A stretch of 62,944 nucleotides of DNA, the filler included, from Octopus bimaculoides (taxonomy: Eukaryota): assembly GCF_001194135.2 (NCBI RefSeq). It is 5 parts of 5 records of this genome, joined end to end, with 100 filler letters (N's around TTAATTAATTAA, not from the genome) between each part and the next. Parts side by side here need not be neighbours in the genome. Positions count along the whole stretch, not along the records: positions 29,502 to 44,474 come from NW_026416654.1; positions 44,575 to 51,192 come from NC_068991.1; positions 51,293 to 58,656 come from NW_026306984.1; 2 more parts are not named here. One strand, given 5' to 3'. Positions 39,328 through 51,655 of this stretch are shown here, piece by piece. Below the pieces are notes generated by a model. That model did no database searches, was not told the origin of the DNA, and was given only the letters and a program-made list of their open reading frames with translations. Both the position numbers and the translations under genes were made by a program. The number at the start of each line of letters is the position of its first letter. Positions within the stretch are counted from its first letter, which is position 1.

Positions 39328-39447
39328 CACGTGATGCATTGCCGTCTGTTGTTTCCTACCGTCACGTGACACCGGCAACTGATATACGCGCATATATTAA
39401 TATGCACTCGCATTCATGTAGGTGCGCATATGTAGATTGGTCACGTG
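39328..39447. promoter_or_regulatory. Cluster of three CACGTG E-boxes plus an adjacent reverse CCAAT
   Basis: CACGTG at 39328, 39363 (within GTCACGTGAC) and 39442 (preceded by ATTGG at 39436). Function is inferred only. Confidence 0.3.
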
Positions 39448-40849
39448 ATATTTGCACACTTTGCAGAATAATATGCGTGTTTGTGTGTGTGTGTATATAT
39501 AAGTATGTTTGGAGAGATATATTATCCGGGCGGATACCGTATTGGCTCTCAGTTATTTTCTAGTTAACGGCTAACTACAAGGATCAATATCTAACGACTG
39601 TGACTACGTTTAGTTGTCTATCATTCTGTGAATTCTTTTGATGGGTAATTCCGTTCTCTCTTCCCTGCACAGTAAAAACTGTTTACAGACAATACTTTAT
39701 ATATGTACGATACACAAATAATTTATTCGCAAACGCATGATAATACTAATATAATAGCATGAACAGGATAGACTATCCATATCACTGACAAAAATTGTTC
39801 CCGACCAGCCATGAAACTTGAACTCACATCCCTGTGATTACTACGTCAAGTGCTTTATCTTTAAGCTAGACTGCCAAGTAACGAACTGTTCTGCAATTTT
39901 AGGATTTATAAATCTAGCTTTATAAGACGCTAACGTTAAATTCAACTTACGATGAAAGTAAACAAAGTTTGCTTCAGAAGCTTTGGACAGTTTAGCTTAA
40001 AGGTAAAGTACTTGATGCGCAATCACACAAAAATAATGTATAGAATCCCCTAGCAGTAATTCCCCAGATTAAGACACAAAACGATTATGAATTACGGAGA
40101 GGATATCCTATACAAACATTTTTCATGCGTTGTACACCAATATAACTCTGATCATGTAATGAAACACGTTCAACATGGAAACAAAAAGAAACACATTTAA
40201 CAAATTCATATGGACGCAGCTTTTGCTTCTCAACCTTGCGGTTTCTGGTTCAGTCCAACCAAGTAGCACCTTGCTCAATAGCCTTTTTGGACTGATCAAA
40301 GCCATGTGACTGGATTCGATATATTGAAAAATGAAAGAAGCCCATCATATATATATATATATATATATTCAGCGGGCTTCTTTCAGTTTCCGTTCTCAAG
40401 GCTTTGGTCGGCTCGAGGCTATAGTAGAAGGCACTTGCCCGCCCAAGGTGCTAAGCAGTGGGACTGAACCCGGACCCATGTAGTTNNNNNNNNNNAGATA
40501 TATATGGGGAGAGATAGACGAAGAGGAAGATAGAGAGAAAGAATGGGGGGGGGGAGAAGTCTATAAATCAAGCACCGATACCCATTACGGGAAGCTATTA
40601 ACATGACCGTCCCTGATAAAAAAAACCGGAGCCCATAATGACTTGGTACACCCCACCGTACAGCATTAAATGTAACAAAAGATTTTAACTTAAACAACAA
40701 TAAAAATTAAACAACGACAATAAAACGTCTACGTGCGGTGTGTGTATGTGTGTAAGTCTTTACAATGAATATCCGCCTCCCACGTTGAAGAAGGATATCA
40801 ATCAGAACACGGATCATTTATTCTCGAAAATTACTAAACAAACAAAATG

Positions 40850-41800
<951 letters not shown>

Positions 41801-42119
41801 CAAATTATATATACGTACATGTTTAAATAGCTGTATATATATATGTGTGTATGTATAATTGCGTATAGGTGTATGCGTATATAATTCTGCATATTGTGTA
41901 TATAATGGAAAAATATTACAAAGAACATGTATATATAATTTAAAACATAAGTACATATCTCTCAGAAATTGTATAAATAATTATGTAAAATAATTATTGA
42001 TCATTTAAATTCGATACACAACATGTTAGCTATACACATATATACAGACATACGTATTCGTATGTGTGTGTTTGTATGTATGTATGTATATATATATATA
42101 TATATATATNNNNNNNNNN

Positions 42120-42156
<37 letters not shown>

Positions 42157-42261
42157 TTAGAATTTATTCAAATGAATACTTATGGGAGTGTACATCCATA
42201 AATTGCATGCTTATTTCAAGTACATATGTATAAATAATGTATACATATGCTTCCATTTCAC

Positions 42262-42302
<41 letters not shown>

Positions 42303-42480
42303 NNNNNNNNNNCATATGTGTATATATATGCATATATACATACACACACACATATATATATTTATATATACAAAAATATATATATAAATGTGTATATACA
42401 TATATGCATATATGTATGTTTACTTATATACATACATACATGTGTATAATTTTGCATATACTAACACATATATATATATA

Positions 42481-42521
<41 letters not shown>

Positions 42522-43047
42522 GGGGGTAGATATATATATATATACATATATATATATGCATACACACAGACATATATATGCGTTGTCTGTATTTAAACTT
42601 ACATATATAGATAAATTTATATACCCGTATTCCTCAAACAAGTCTCTACCCCGTTGTCATACATGTACATATAGATATACATATATACAAATACACACAC
42701 ACACACAGAGCCATATATAGTTATTTATATATATATACACACACTCACATATATCGTTTACGAACGGCCATTTTACAAAAAATATAACACACATAAACAG
42801 TAACAAACATACAAAAGAACATCAGCCTCATCTCACCCGACTCACCCTTTACATATTTCCTCAGCCTCACCCCTATCTGTTTCCCTGGGTCTCTTCCTCT
42901 GTCGCTGCCTGTCATACACGCCACCACATCACCAAAGTAGCTACGTTAATCTTTTATGCTATAGATTTTTTCTTCGTCTTTTTCTGCAATAAAAATAAAA
43001 TTTTTGAATATATGAATTACAATTACATTGTACCTATTATACACTTG

Positions 43048-43086
<39 letters not shown>

Positions 43087-43360
43087 CATACCCTGAATAA
43101 ACCGACCCATACATTAAATTTAAAACTACAATATTTATATATATACATACAAACTCATATTTGTGTGAATATATATATATACATGTGTGTATATATATAT
43201 GTCCAAAAACATATATATCCATATATATATATATATAACTACATTATGTATGTATATTGTGTAAAGAATTATACATATGTATCTTTAAATAGAAATACTT
43301 TTGAAAGAAAATGTGCATATTTAATAGAAAATAACTTTTCAAAAAATTTAATACAATATA

Positions 43361-43396
<36 letters not shown>

Positions 43397-43852
43397 GTTC
43401 TTTGTATATATGTATTATTATGAATATATATATTGTATGCATAGATATAATGTAAGTATATGTTCATATATACGTCTTAAATTGTGAACGTGTATGTAAA
43501 TATTCAAATACATTCACAGGTGTATATACGCGTGCATATGTACTTGTAGGTGTACGTAGATATATACCTAAATGTGTGTGTGTGTGTGTGTGTGTAAACA
43601 ATACTGTCATTTCGTAAAAATAAATTTACTGTTGCATTTATATAAACAACGATCAAACGGAGATTTAATTACGTTTGTATACGTATATTTATGTGTATGT
43701 ATATATATATATACCCGCATACATGCATATTACATACATACACTCATGTACACATGCTCATATTTACTTATGTAGACATACAAATGAAATATTTATGTAA
43801 ATGATGTGTATATACATACATAATTTTGAATATGTGTGTATTTGGGCGTGTG

Positions 43853-43898
<46 letters not shown>

Positions 43899-43971
43899 TG
43901 CTTATGGAAATTACATAATTGCATAAAATAATATGCATTAATACACACACAGATATACACACACATTAAGC

Positions 43972-44250
43972 CGTGGCTGCGTGGTAAGAAGCTTCCTTCT
44001 CAACCACATAGTTCCAGGTTCAGTCCCGCTGCATGGCACCTTGGGCCGACCAATGATTTGTGAGTGGATTTGTTAGACTGTGACTGAAAGAAACCCGATA
44101 GAATAAAGACAAGCCTTACAAAGATTAAGTCCTGAGGTCGATTTGCAGACGATCGTTTCGTACATAGATAGAATAATAATATAAATTCTTGATTGATTTA
44201 AATTAAATTCATTAAATACTCTTCAGGTGGTGCCCCAGCTTGGCCGCAGT
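43972..44250 (+). mobile_element. SINE family A copy with internal deletions
   Basis: GTGGCTGCGTGGTAAGAAGCTT...CAGGTTCAGTCCCGCTGCATGGCACCTTGGGC...CAGCTTGGCCGCAGTC. Confidence 0.85.
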
Positions 44251-44261
44251 CTATCTATCTA

Positions 44262-44292
<31 letters not shown>

Positions 44293-44425
44293 CCCTGTCT
44301 GTCTGTCCGTCTGTCTGTCTGTCTGTTTGTCAGTCTATTTATCTATCTATCTGTCCGTCTGTCTGTCTATGTATCTATCTATCTGTCCGTCTGTCTGTCT
44401 ATGTATCTATCTATCTGTCTGTCCG

Positions 44426-44474
<49 letters not shown>

Positions 44475-44997
44475 NNNNNNNNNNNNNNNNNNNNNNNNNN
44501 NNNNNNNNNNNNNNNNNNTTAATTAATTAANNNNNNNNNNNNNNNNNNNNNNNNNNNNNNNNNNNNNNNNNNNNGGGACACATACGCCATAAAAACCGGG
44601 AAACCGAGCCCGTTTGCCTAGTTAGGCTTGAAAAGGGCGCATAAATAATAAATAAAATGATGACATACATACACACATACACACACACATACATACATTC
44701 ACACATACAAACATTCATACATACATACATTCATACATACATACATACATACATACATACATGCATACATACACACACACGATGTTATCGAATAGTAAGA
44801 ATGAATGCTAAATTCGTCATTTGGTGGGAAAAGTAAATTCTTTATTTGTAGATTTTACAGTGCTTCTAATAATTTCACGTGGAAGTTCGCAATTTTTCCG
44901 TTTAAGAATATTGGTAATCGACCTCCATGTTGGATGAGGTTACGTGAGATAACACGAGTTTACTCGGGACTTTGAAAATACTCACTTTTTTTTATAG

Positions 44998-46205
44998 ATA
45001 CACATAATATCGCACTACTAGCGTTGCTGGTGGTGGGGTGGTAGGCGCGGTCCGCCGCGGGCGGCAGTTTTATAGAGTAGCAACCACTTTTGGATCTGCT
45101 GTAGGCAATATGTTATCCTTTTGTGGGGTCCGGGACAGCAAACGGAACGGCTGTCCCTGACGGTCCACAGGAGTGGCTGTGTGGTAAGTAGCTTGCTNNN
45201 NNNNNNNNNNNNNNNNNNNNNNNNNNNNNNNNNNNNNNNNNNNNNNNNNNNNNNNNNNNNNNNNNNNNNNNNNNNNNNNNNNNNNNNNNNNNNNNNNNNN
45301 NNNNNNNNNNNNNNNNNNNNNNNNNNNNNNNNNNNNNNNNNNNNNNNNNNNNNNNNNNNNNNNNNNNNNNNNNNNNNNNNNNNNNNNNNNNNNNNNNNNN
45401 NNNNNNNNNNNNNNNNNNNNNNNNNNNNNNNNNNNNNNNNNNNNNNNNNNNNNNNNNNNNNNNNNNNNNNNNNNNNNNNNNNNNTATATATATATATATG
45501 TATGTATGTATGTATATGTGTGTGTCTGTGTTTGTCCCCCAGCATCGCTTGACAACCGATGGTGGTGTGTTTCTGTGCCCGTAACTTAGCGGTTAGGCAA
45601 AAAGAGACCGATAGAATAAGTACTAGGCATCCGAAGAATAAGTCCTGGGGGTCGATTTGCTCGACTAAAGGCGGTGCTCCAGCATGGCCACAGTCAAATG
45701 ACTAAAACAAGTAAAAGAGTAAAAGAGTAAAGAGTATATAAGGGGGATAACTCATTTAGGGGCTTTAGTTGTTATTGCTTGCATTGGCCTTGGTTCAAGT
45801 ATTTGCGTTCAACATAAACACATGGCATTCTACAGAAACATTCACACGTATCAGTATATAAATGCGTGTGTGTGCGTGTGTACAGCATGTGGCACACGCC
45901 TACACTTTCGTATGTTCATGTGTATCGTGTCAATTACGAGATTCCCACAGATTTTGAACGTTTATTAATTTATGAAACTTTAAGTCCATAACATGTATTT
46001 TACAAATCGTGTGATACACCAGCGTAGCTAAAGTGTGTGCCGTCCGGGACAGTCGTTCCGTTTGCTGTCTCGGACCCCACAAAAGAATAACATATTGCCT
46101 ACAGCAGATCCAAAAGTGGTTGTTCCTCTTTAAAACTGCCGCCCGGGGCGGACCGCGCCTATCGCCCCACCACCAGCTACGCTAGTAGTGCGATATTTTG
46201 TGTAT
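44998..46205. mobile_element. Pair of about 166-bp inverted repeats (44998-45163 / 46040-46205) enclosing a SINE and a gap
   Basis: Aligned by eye at roughly 90% identity. The GC-rich GGCGCGGTCCGCC(C/G)CGGGCGGCA core resembles Harbinger-like MITE termini. Confidence 0.8.
45171..45737 (+). mobile_element. SINE family A copy (middle in N gap)
   Basis: Head GGCTGTGTGGTAAGTAGCTTGCT; tail GCTCCAGCATGGCCACAGTCAAATGACTAAAACAAGTAAAAGAG. Confidence 0.88.
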
Positions 46206-46261
46206 GTGTTATGTAATGTTATACATATCCATGCGGTTGAGAGTTCCAACATAAATTTGTT

Positions 46262-46492
46262 ATTTTTTTATTGCCCACAAGGGGCTAAACGTAGAGGGGA
46301 CAAACAAGGACAGACAAAGGGATTAAGTCGATTACATCGACTCCAGTACGTAACTGGTACTTAATTTATCGACCCTAAAAGGATGAAAGGCAAAGTCGAC
46401 CTCGGTGGAATTTGAATTCAGAACGTAACGGCAGACGAAATATCGCTAAGTATTTCGCCTGGCGTGCTAACGTTTCTGCCAGCTCGCCGCCT
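46262..46492 (-). mobile_element. Full-length SINE family B copy
   Basis: Complete from the GGCGGCGAGCTGGCAGAAACGTTAGC head to the GCCCCTTGTGGGCAATAAA tail. Confidence 0.93.
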
Positions 46493-46755
46493 TGCGACAA
46501 AAATTTCTGGGAATATATATATTATAGATCACATGGCTCAATGGTTAGAGCGTTGGGTTCACAATCATGCAGTAGTGAGTTTGATTTCCAGGCTAGGCTG
46601 CGTGTTGTGTTCTTGAGCAAGATTTTTCTAAATAATATACATCTTGCCAATATACACCACCAGCAGTCTCCTTGGATTCTATTCATCTAAAACACACACG
46701 CACACGCACGCACACACACACACACATATATATACACACACACACACATACTAAA

Positions 46756-46799
<44 letters not shown>

Positions 46800-46944
46800 T
46801 ATGTACATACATGTATGTGTGTGTGGGGGTAGAATTCACAAAAAAATAAATAAAAGACGNNNNNNNNNNNNNNNNNNNNNNNNNNNNNNNNNNNNNNNNN
46901 NNNNNNNNNNNNNNNNGGGGGTAGAATTCACAAAAAAATATATA

Positions 46945-47110
46945 AAAGCCGAAGACAGGTGGTGTAGACAGCAAACAGATGTATTAGTTTAACGCTCGGG
47001 AAGTGAAAAAGTCTTTAACGTTTCGAGCCTAAGCACATCCACAGAAAGGAACACAGAAAGAAACAAGGAGAGAAAATAAAGAATGTGTTGTGGCTAGTGA
47101 TCTATCATGA
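46945..47110 (-). mobile_element. Penelope-like element terminal repeat fragment with a degenerate hammerhead motif
   Basis: Minus strand reads CTTT-CTGTGGA-T-GTGC-TTAG-GCTC-GAAA-CG-TT-AAAG, the same architecture as 51407-51452. Confidence 0.5.
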
Positions 47111-47499
47111 CTAATATATATACATATACACATACATACAAACATATCTATACACACATACATACATACATACATACATACATACATACAAACAAACATA
47201 CACACACACACACACACACATATATATAGATACTGTATATATATATATCTATATAGGTAGATAGATAGATAGATAGATAGATAGATACATACATACATAC
47301 ATATATATGTGTGTACACGCGCGTGCTTCAGGTGAACGCGCGCGCGCAATCATTTAAAGCAAATTAGCAGATTTACAACTTAGACGAATTCTGTATGGTG
47401 TGGTGTGGTGTGGTGTGGTGTATTGTCACCTTTATCAAGACCAAGTGATTTTCCACCATCCATAATAATAAAGTTGTGACATCCGAGTAACTATGACAA

Positions 47500-49310
47500 C
47501 CACCACCACTACCATATACCCATCATCACTGCCACAACCATCACCAGCGCTACAACCACCACCACCACCACCATCACCACCATCACCACCACACTCACCA
47601 TCACCACCACCACCACCACCACCACCACCATCACCACTACCNNNNNNNNNNNNNNNNNNNNNNNNNNNNNNNNNNNNNNNNNNNNNNNNNNNNNNNNNNN
47701 NNNNNNNNNNNNNNNNNNNNNNNNNNNNNNNNNNNNNNNNNNNNNNNNNNNNNNNNNNNNNNNNNNNNNNNNNNNNNNNNNNNNNNNNNNNNNNNNNNNN
47801 NNNNNNNNNNNNNNNNNNNNNNNNNNNNNNNNNNNNNNNNNNNNNNNNNNNNNNNNNNNNNNNNNNNNNNNNNNNNNNNNNNNNNNNNNNNNNNNNNNNN
47901 NNNNNNNNNNNNNNNNNNNNNNNNNNNNNNNNNNNNNNNNNNNNNNNNNNNNNNNNNNNNNNNNNNNNNNNNNNNNNNNNNNNNNNNNNNNNNNNNNNNN
48001 NNNNNNNNNNNNNNNNNNNNNNNNNNNNNNNNNNNNNNNNNNNNNNNNNNNNNNNNNNNNNNNNNNNNNNNNNNNNNNNNNNNNNNNNNNNNNNNNNNNN
48101 NNNNNNNNNNNNNNNNNNNNNNNNNNNNNNNNNNNNNNNNNNNNNNNNNNNNNNNNNNNNNNNNNNNNNNNNNNNNNNNNNNNNNNNNNNNNNNNNNNNN
48201 NNNNNNNNNNNNNNNNNNNNNNNNNNNNNNNNNNNNNNNNNNNNNNNNNNNNNNNNNNNNNNNNNNNNNNNNNNNNNNNNNNNNNNNNNNNNNNNNNNNN
48301 NNNNNNNNNNNNNNNNNNNNNNNNNNNNNNNNNNNNNNNNNNNNNNNNNNNNNNNNNNNNNNNNNNNNNNNNNNNNNNNNNNNNNNNNNNNNNNNNNNNN
48401 NNNNNNNNNNNNNNNNNNNNNNNNNNNNNNNNNNNNNNNNNNNNNNNNNNNNNNNNNNNNNNNNNNNNNNNNNNNNNNNNNNNNNNNNNNNNNNNNNNNN
48501 NNNNNNNNNNNNNNNNNNNNNNNNNNNNNNNNNNNNNNNNNNNNNNNNNNNNNNNCATCATCATCATTGTCAACATCATTACCATCATCATTATCATCAT
48601 CATCCTAATTATAATCTTTATCATCATCATCACCACTATCACCGTCATCGTCGTCGTCATCTTAATGATCATCCCCATCATCATCATCATTGTCATCACC
48701 ATATCACTACAACGATAACGACCTACAACAAACACGACACACATAAGACACCAGCACCACTACACCCACCATCACCACTATACCTACCAGCACCAGTACT
48801 ACCACCACAACTCCCACCCACACCAATTGACATCCACCACTCAACCTTACCCTGTCCATAACCATCACAGCAGAAACCTGCACATGGTCGCTTCACCTGT
48901 TAAAAATAGCAGCTATTTTTTTTTCCTTTTGTTTTTCAATTAAGAAGTCACTCCAAGACAATCTGATCCTGGGATTCGCTTATGTAAGAGGGAGGCAGGA
49001 TAAACTCGGCTGGAATATCTTTATTGATAAGAGCTGACCTAATAAATGGGACAAAATGAATGGGACAGTATCTTCACCGCCATTGCCACTGCCACCTCCA
49101 CAGCCGTTACGATAAGCACCACCATCTCTGCTATTGGCACAGCCGCCGCCTCCGCCGCCACAACCACCACAACCACTATTGCCATCCTCGCCACCATCAC
49201 ACTTACCAGCATCAACACCACTACCATCTCCCTCACCACCATCATACTACAACCACTACCACCACCATCAACAAACACCGCCACCACCATCGCAACTTCC
49301 ACCATCAACN
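47500..49310. repeat. (CAC)n/(CAT)n low-complexity region interrupted by large N gaps
   Basis: Directly visible. Confidence 0.95.
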
Positions 49311-49960
49311 NNNNNNNNNNNNNNNNNNNNNNNNNNNNNNNNNNNNNNNNNNNNNNNNNNNNNNNNNNNNNNNNNNNNNNNNNNNNNNNNNNNNNNNNNN
49401 NNNNNNNNNNNNNNNNNNNNNNNNNNNNNNNNNNNNNNNNNNNNNNNNNNNNNNNNNNNNNNNNNNNNNNNNNNNNNNNNNNNNNNNNNNNNNNNNNNNN
49501 NNNNNNNNNNNNNNNNNNNNNNNNNNNNNNNNNNNNNNNNNNNNNNNNNNNNNNNNNNNNNNNNNNNNNNNNNNNNNNNNNNNNNNNNNNNNNNNNNNNN
49601 NNNNNNNNNNNNNNNNNNNNNNNNNNNNNNNNNNNNNNNNNNNNNNNNNNNNNNNNNNNNNNNNNNNNNNNNNNNNNNNNNNNNNNNNNNNNNNNNNNNN
49701 NNNNNNNNNNNNNNNNNNNNNNNNNNNNNNNNNNNNNNNNNNNNNNNNNNNNNNNNNNNNNNNNNNNNNNNNNNNNNNNNNNNNNNNNNNNNNNNNNNNN
49801 NNNNNNNNNNNNNNNNNNNNNNNNNNNNNNNNNNNNNNNNNNNNNNNNNNNNNNNNNNNNNNNNNNNNNNNNNNNNNNNNNNNNTTTATCAGTCAGTCTG
49901 TCAGACTGTCAGACAGTCTGTCCATCAAATCCCGTTGTTTTAGTCGTGTGTGTCTCTTAC

Positions 49961-50153
49961 CGAAATGATGGACGATGAGTGACCAGAAGAGAGATTGTGA
50001 GCGACAGGGAAGAACAACAAGCAGTAGTGGTCGTGATAGGAGAGGCCGTGGTGTTAGGGCGACCAGCAGAATGCCTGTGTTGCTCTACGTCTTCATTGGA
50101 ACTGTTTATATCTGCTTGTTGCTTTTGTTCTTGGCTATCGCCGCCATCCCAGC
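49961..50153 (-). CDS. Candidate 193-nt internal coding exon (WDGGDSQEQKQQADINSSNEDVEQHRHSAGRPNTTASPITTTTACCSSLSLTISLLVTHRPSF), host unknown
   Basis: Acceptor TTAGTCTCTCTTCAAG|G, with an in-frame alternative AG 12 nt upstream, and donor TCG|GTAAGA. One frame of 63 codons is open. The sequence is GC-balanced and non-repetitive, lying between microsatellites. Confidence 0.3.
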
Positions 50154-50389
50154 CTTGAAGAGAGACTAACACGCAAACAAACGCGCGCGCGCGCAGACAC
50201 ACACACACACGCAAATATACACACACACATACACATATACACACGCATGCATGCTCACACTTGTTAACACATTGTATTCCGTACGTTAACATATCACACC
50301 ACACCACACTATTTCATAGAAACACACAAAATACACACACGCACGCACGCACACACACGTATCTCTCACTCTGTCTCTCTCTCTCTATC

Positions 50390-50425
<36 letters not shown>

Positions 50426-50617
50426 GTCTGTCTGTCTTCTGTCTGTTTTTCTATCTATAATATATACACATGCGTGTATACACACATACATATATATGAT
50501 ATACATTGCATATATGTGTGTGTGTGTGTGTGTGTAACATACATATACATATATATACATATACATACACACACATTTTCTCTCTCTCTCCCTCACGCAC
50601 ACACGTANNNNNNNNNN

Positions 50618-50681
<64 letters not shown>

Positions 50682-51292
50682 ATATCCCCACCCAACATCT
50701 TATATTACAAACAACGACCAAGGCATCTTTAAAGTTTACTGTAGAACGCTACTATATAATACACTACACAGTACTTAGTTTACGGTAGCTTTGCTGGCCC
50801 ACACTCTATCGCGTTATACCACACTATATATACCAGAATATCTCACAATATGGTATATATAGCACCCTAAAGCGTATTGAACGACACTATATTACATATA
50901 TAACACACTAACCTTACAGTTCTACATACAACAGATTCCATACTGTACTGTATAAACATACACACATACATACAGACAGACAGACAGACAGGTACATAGA
51001 TAGATAGATAGATAGATAATATCCCAGACTGTATCATTCTATACTGCTGCATATATCACATTTTACACTGTTCTATACAATATATATAAGATATATCACA
51101 GACCACTATACTATATACTATATTAACTTGAAAAGCATTATACTATATTATACTGCAATTTACTACTAGTATATATATATATATATATATATNNNNNNNN
51201 NNNNNNNNNNNNNNNNNNNNNNNNNNNNNNNNNNNNTTAATTAATTAANNNNNNNNNNNNNNNNNNNNNNNNNNNNNNNNNNNNNNNNNNNN

Positions 51293-51540
51293 TCCGAGTT
51301 CGATTCACGGCAGCGACCTGATTAATAATAATAATAATAATATAATAATAATAATAATAATAGTAACATCGATAGGAATGAGAACCCAGGTTCGAAATTT
51401 CCCCAAGACACCTGACGAAGGCTGGAGGGTATATCAGCCGAAACGTTGTGTTAACAACAAACAAGATGAGGACGAATATCCGTCAAATGTAGATAATGTA
51501 AATAATGTAAATAATTCCTCATCTCTTAAATATAGAACTG
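51293..51540 (+). mobile_element. Short element: tRNA-like B-box + (AAT)n + Penelope-type terminal sequence with hammerhead ribozyme
   Basis: GAGTTCGATTC at 51296-51306, (AAT)n at about 51323-51362, hammerhead at 51407-51452. The 5' end is lost in the spacer gap. Confidence 0.65.
51407..51452 (+). ncRNA. Minimal type I hammerhead ribozyme (Penelope/retrozyme type)
   Basis: Helix I GACAC/GUGUU; core CUGACGA plus an extra A; helix II GGCUG/CAGCC with a 10-nt loop; GAAA; palindromic AACGUU in place of helix III; predicted cleavage after GUU at 51447. Confidence 0.75.
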
Positions 51541-51566
51541 TAATATACCACGATTTTCACTAGTGT

Positions 51567-51655
51567 GTTAGAGTTACGGTTTTAGGGTCAGGGTTAGGGT
51601 TTTAGGGTTAGTGTTAGGGTTAGTGTTAGGAGTAGGTTTAGGATTAAGGTTGGGT
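51567..51655 (+). repeat. Degenerate interstitial (TTAGGG)n-like tract
   Basis: Perfect TTAGGG at 51582, 51594, 51602 and 51614, among variants TTAGTG, TCAGGG, TTAGGA and TTAGAG. Confidence 0.85.

Noticed and set aside
49975-50169. 64-aa plus-strand ORF with a TM-like segment
   Set aside because: Not called as a gene: hydrophobic L/V runs are the expected antisense translation of a CAA/AAC-rich strand, and there is no splice or promoter support. It is mentioned as an alternative in the findings.
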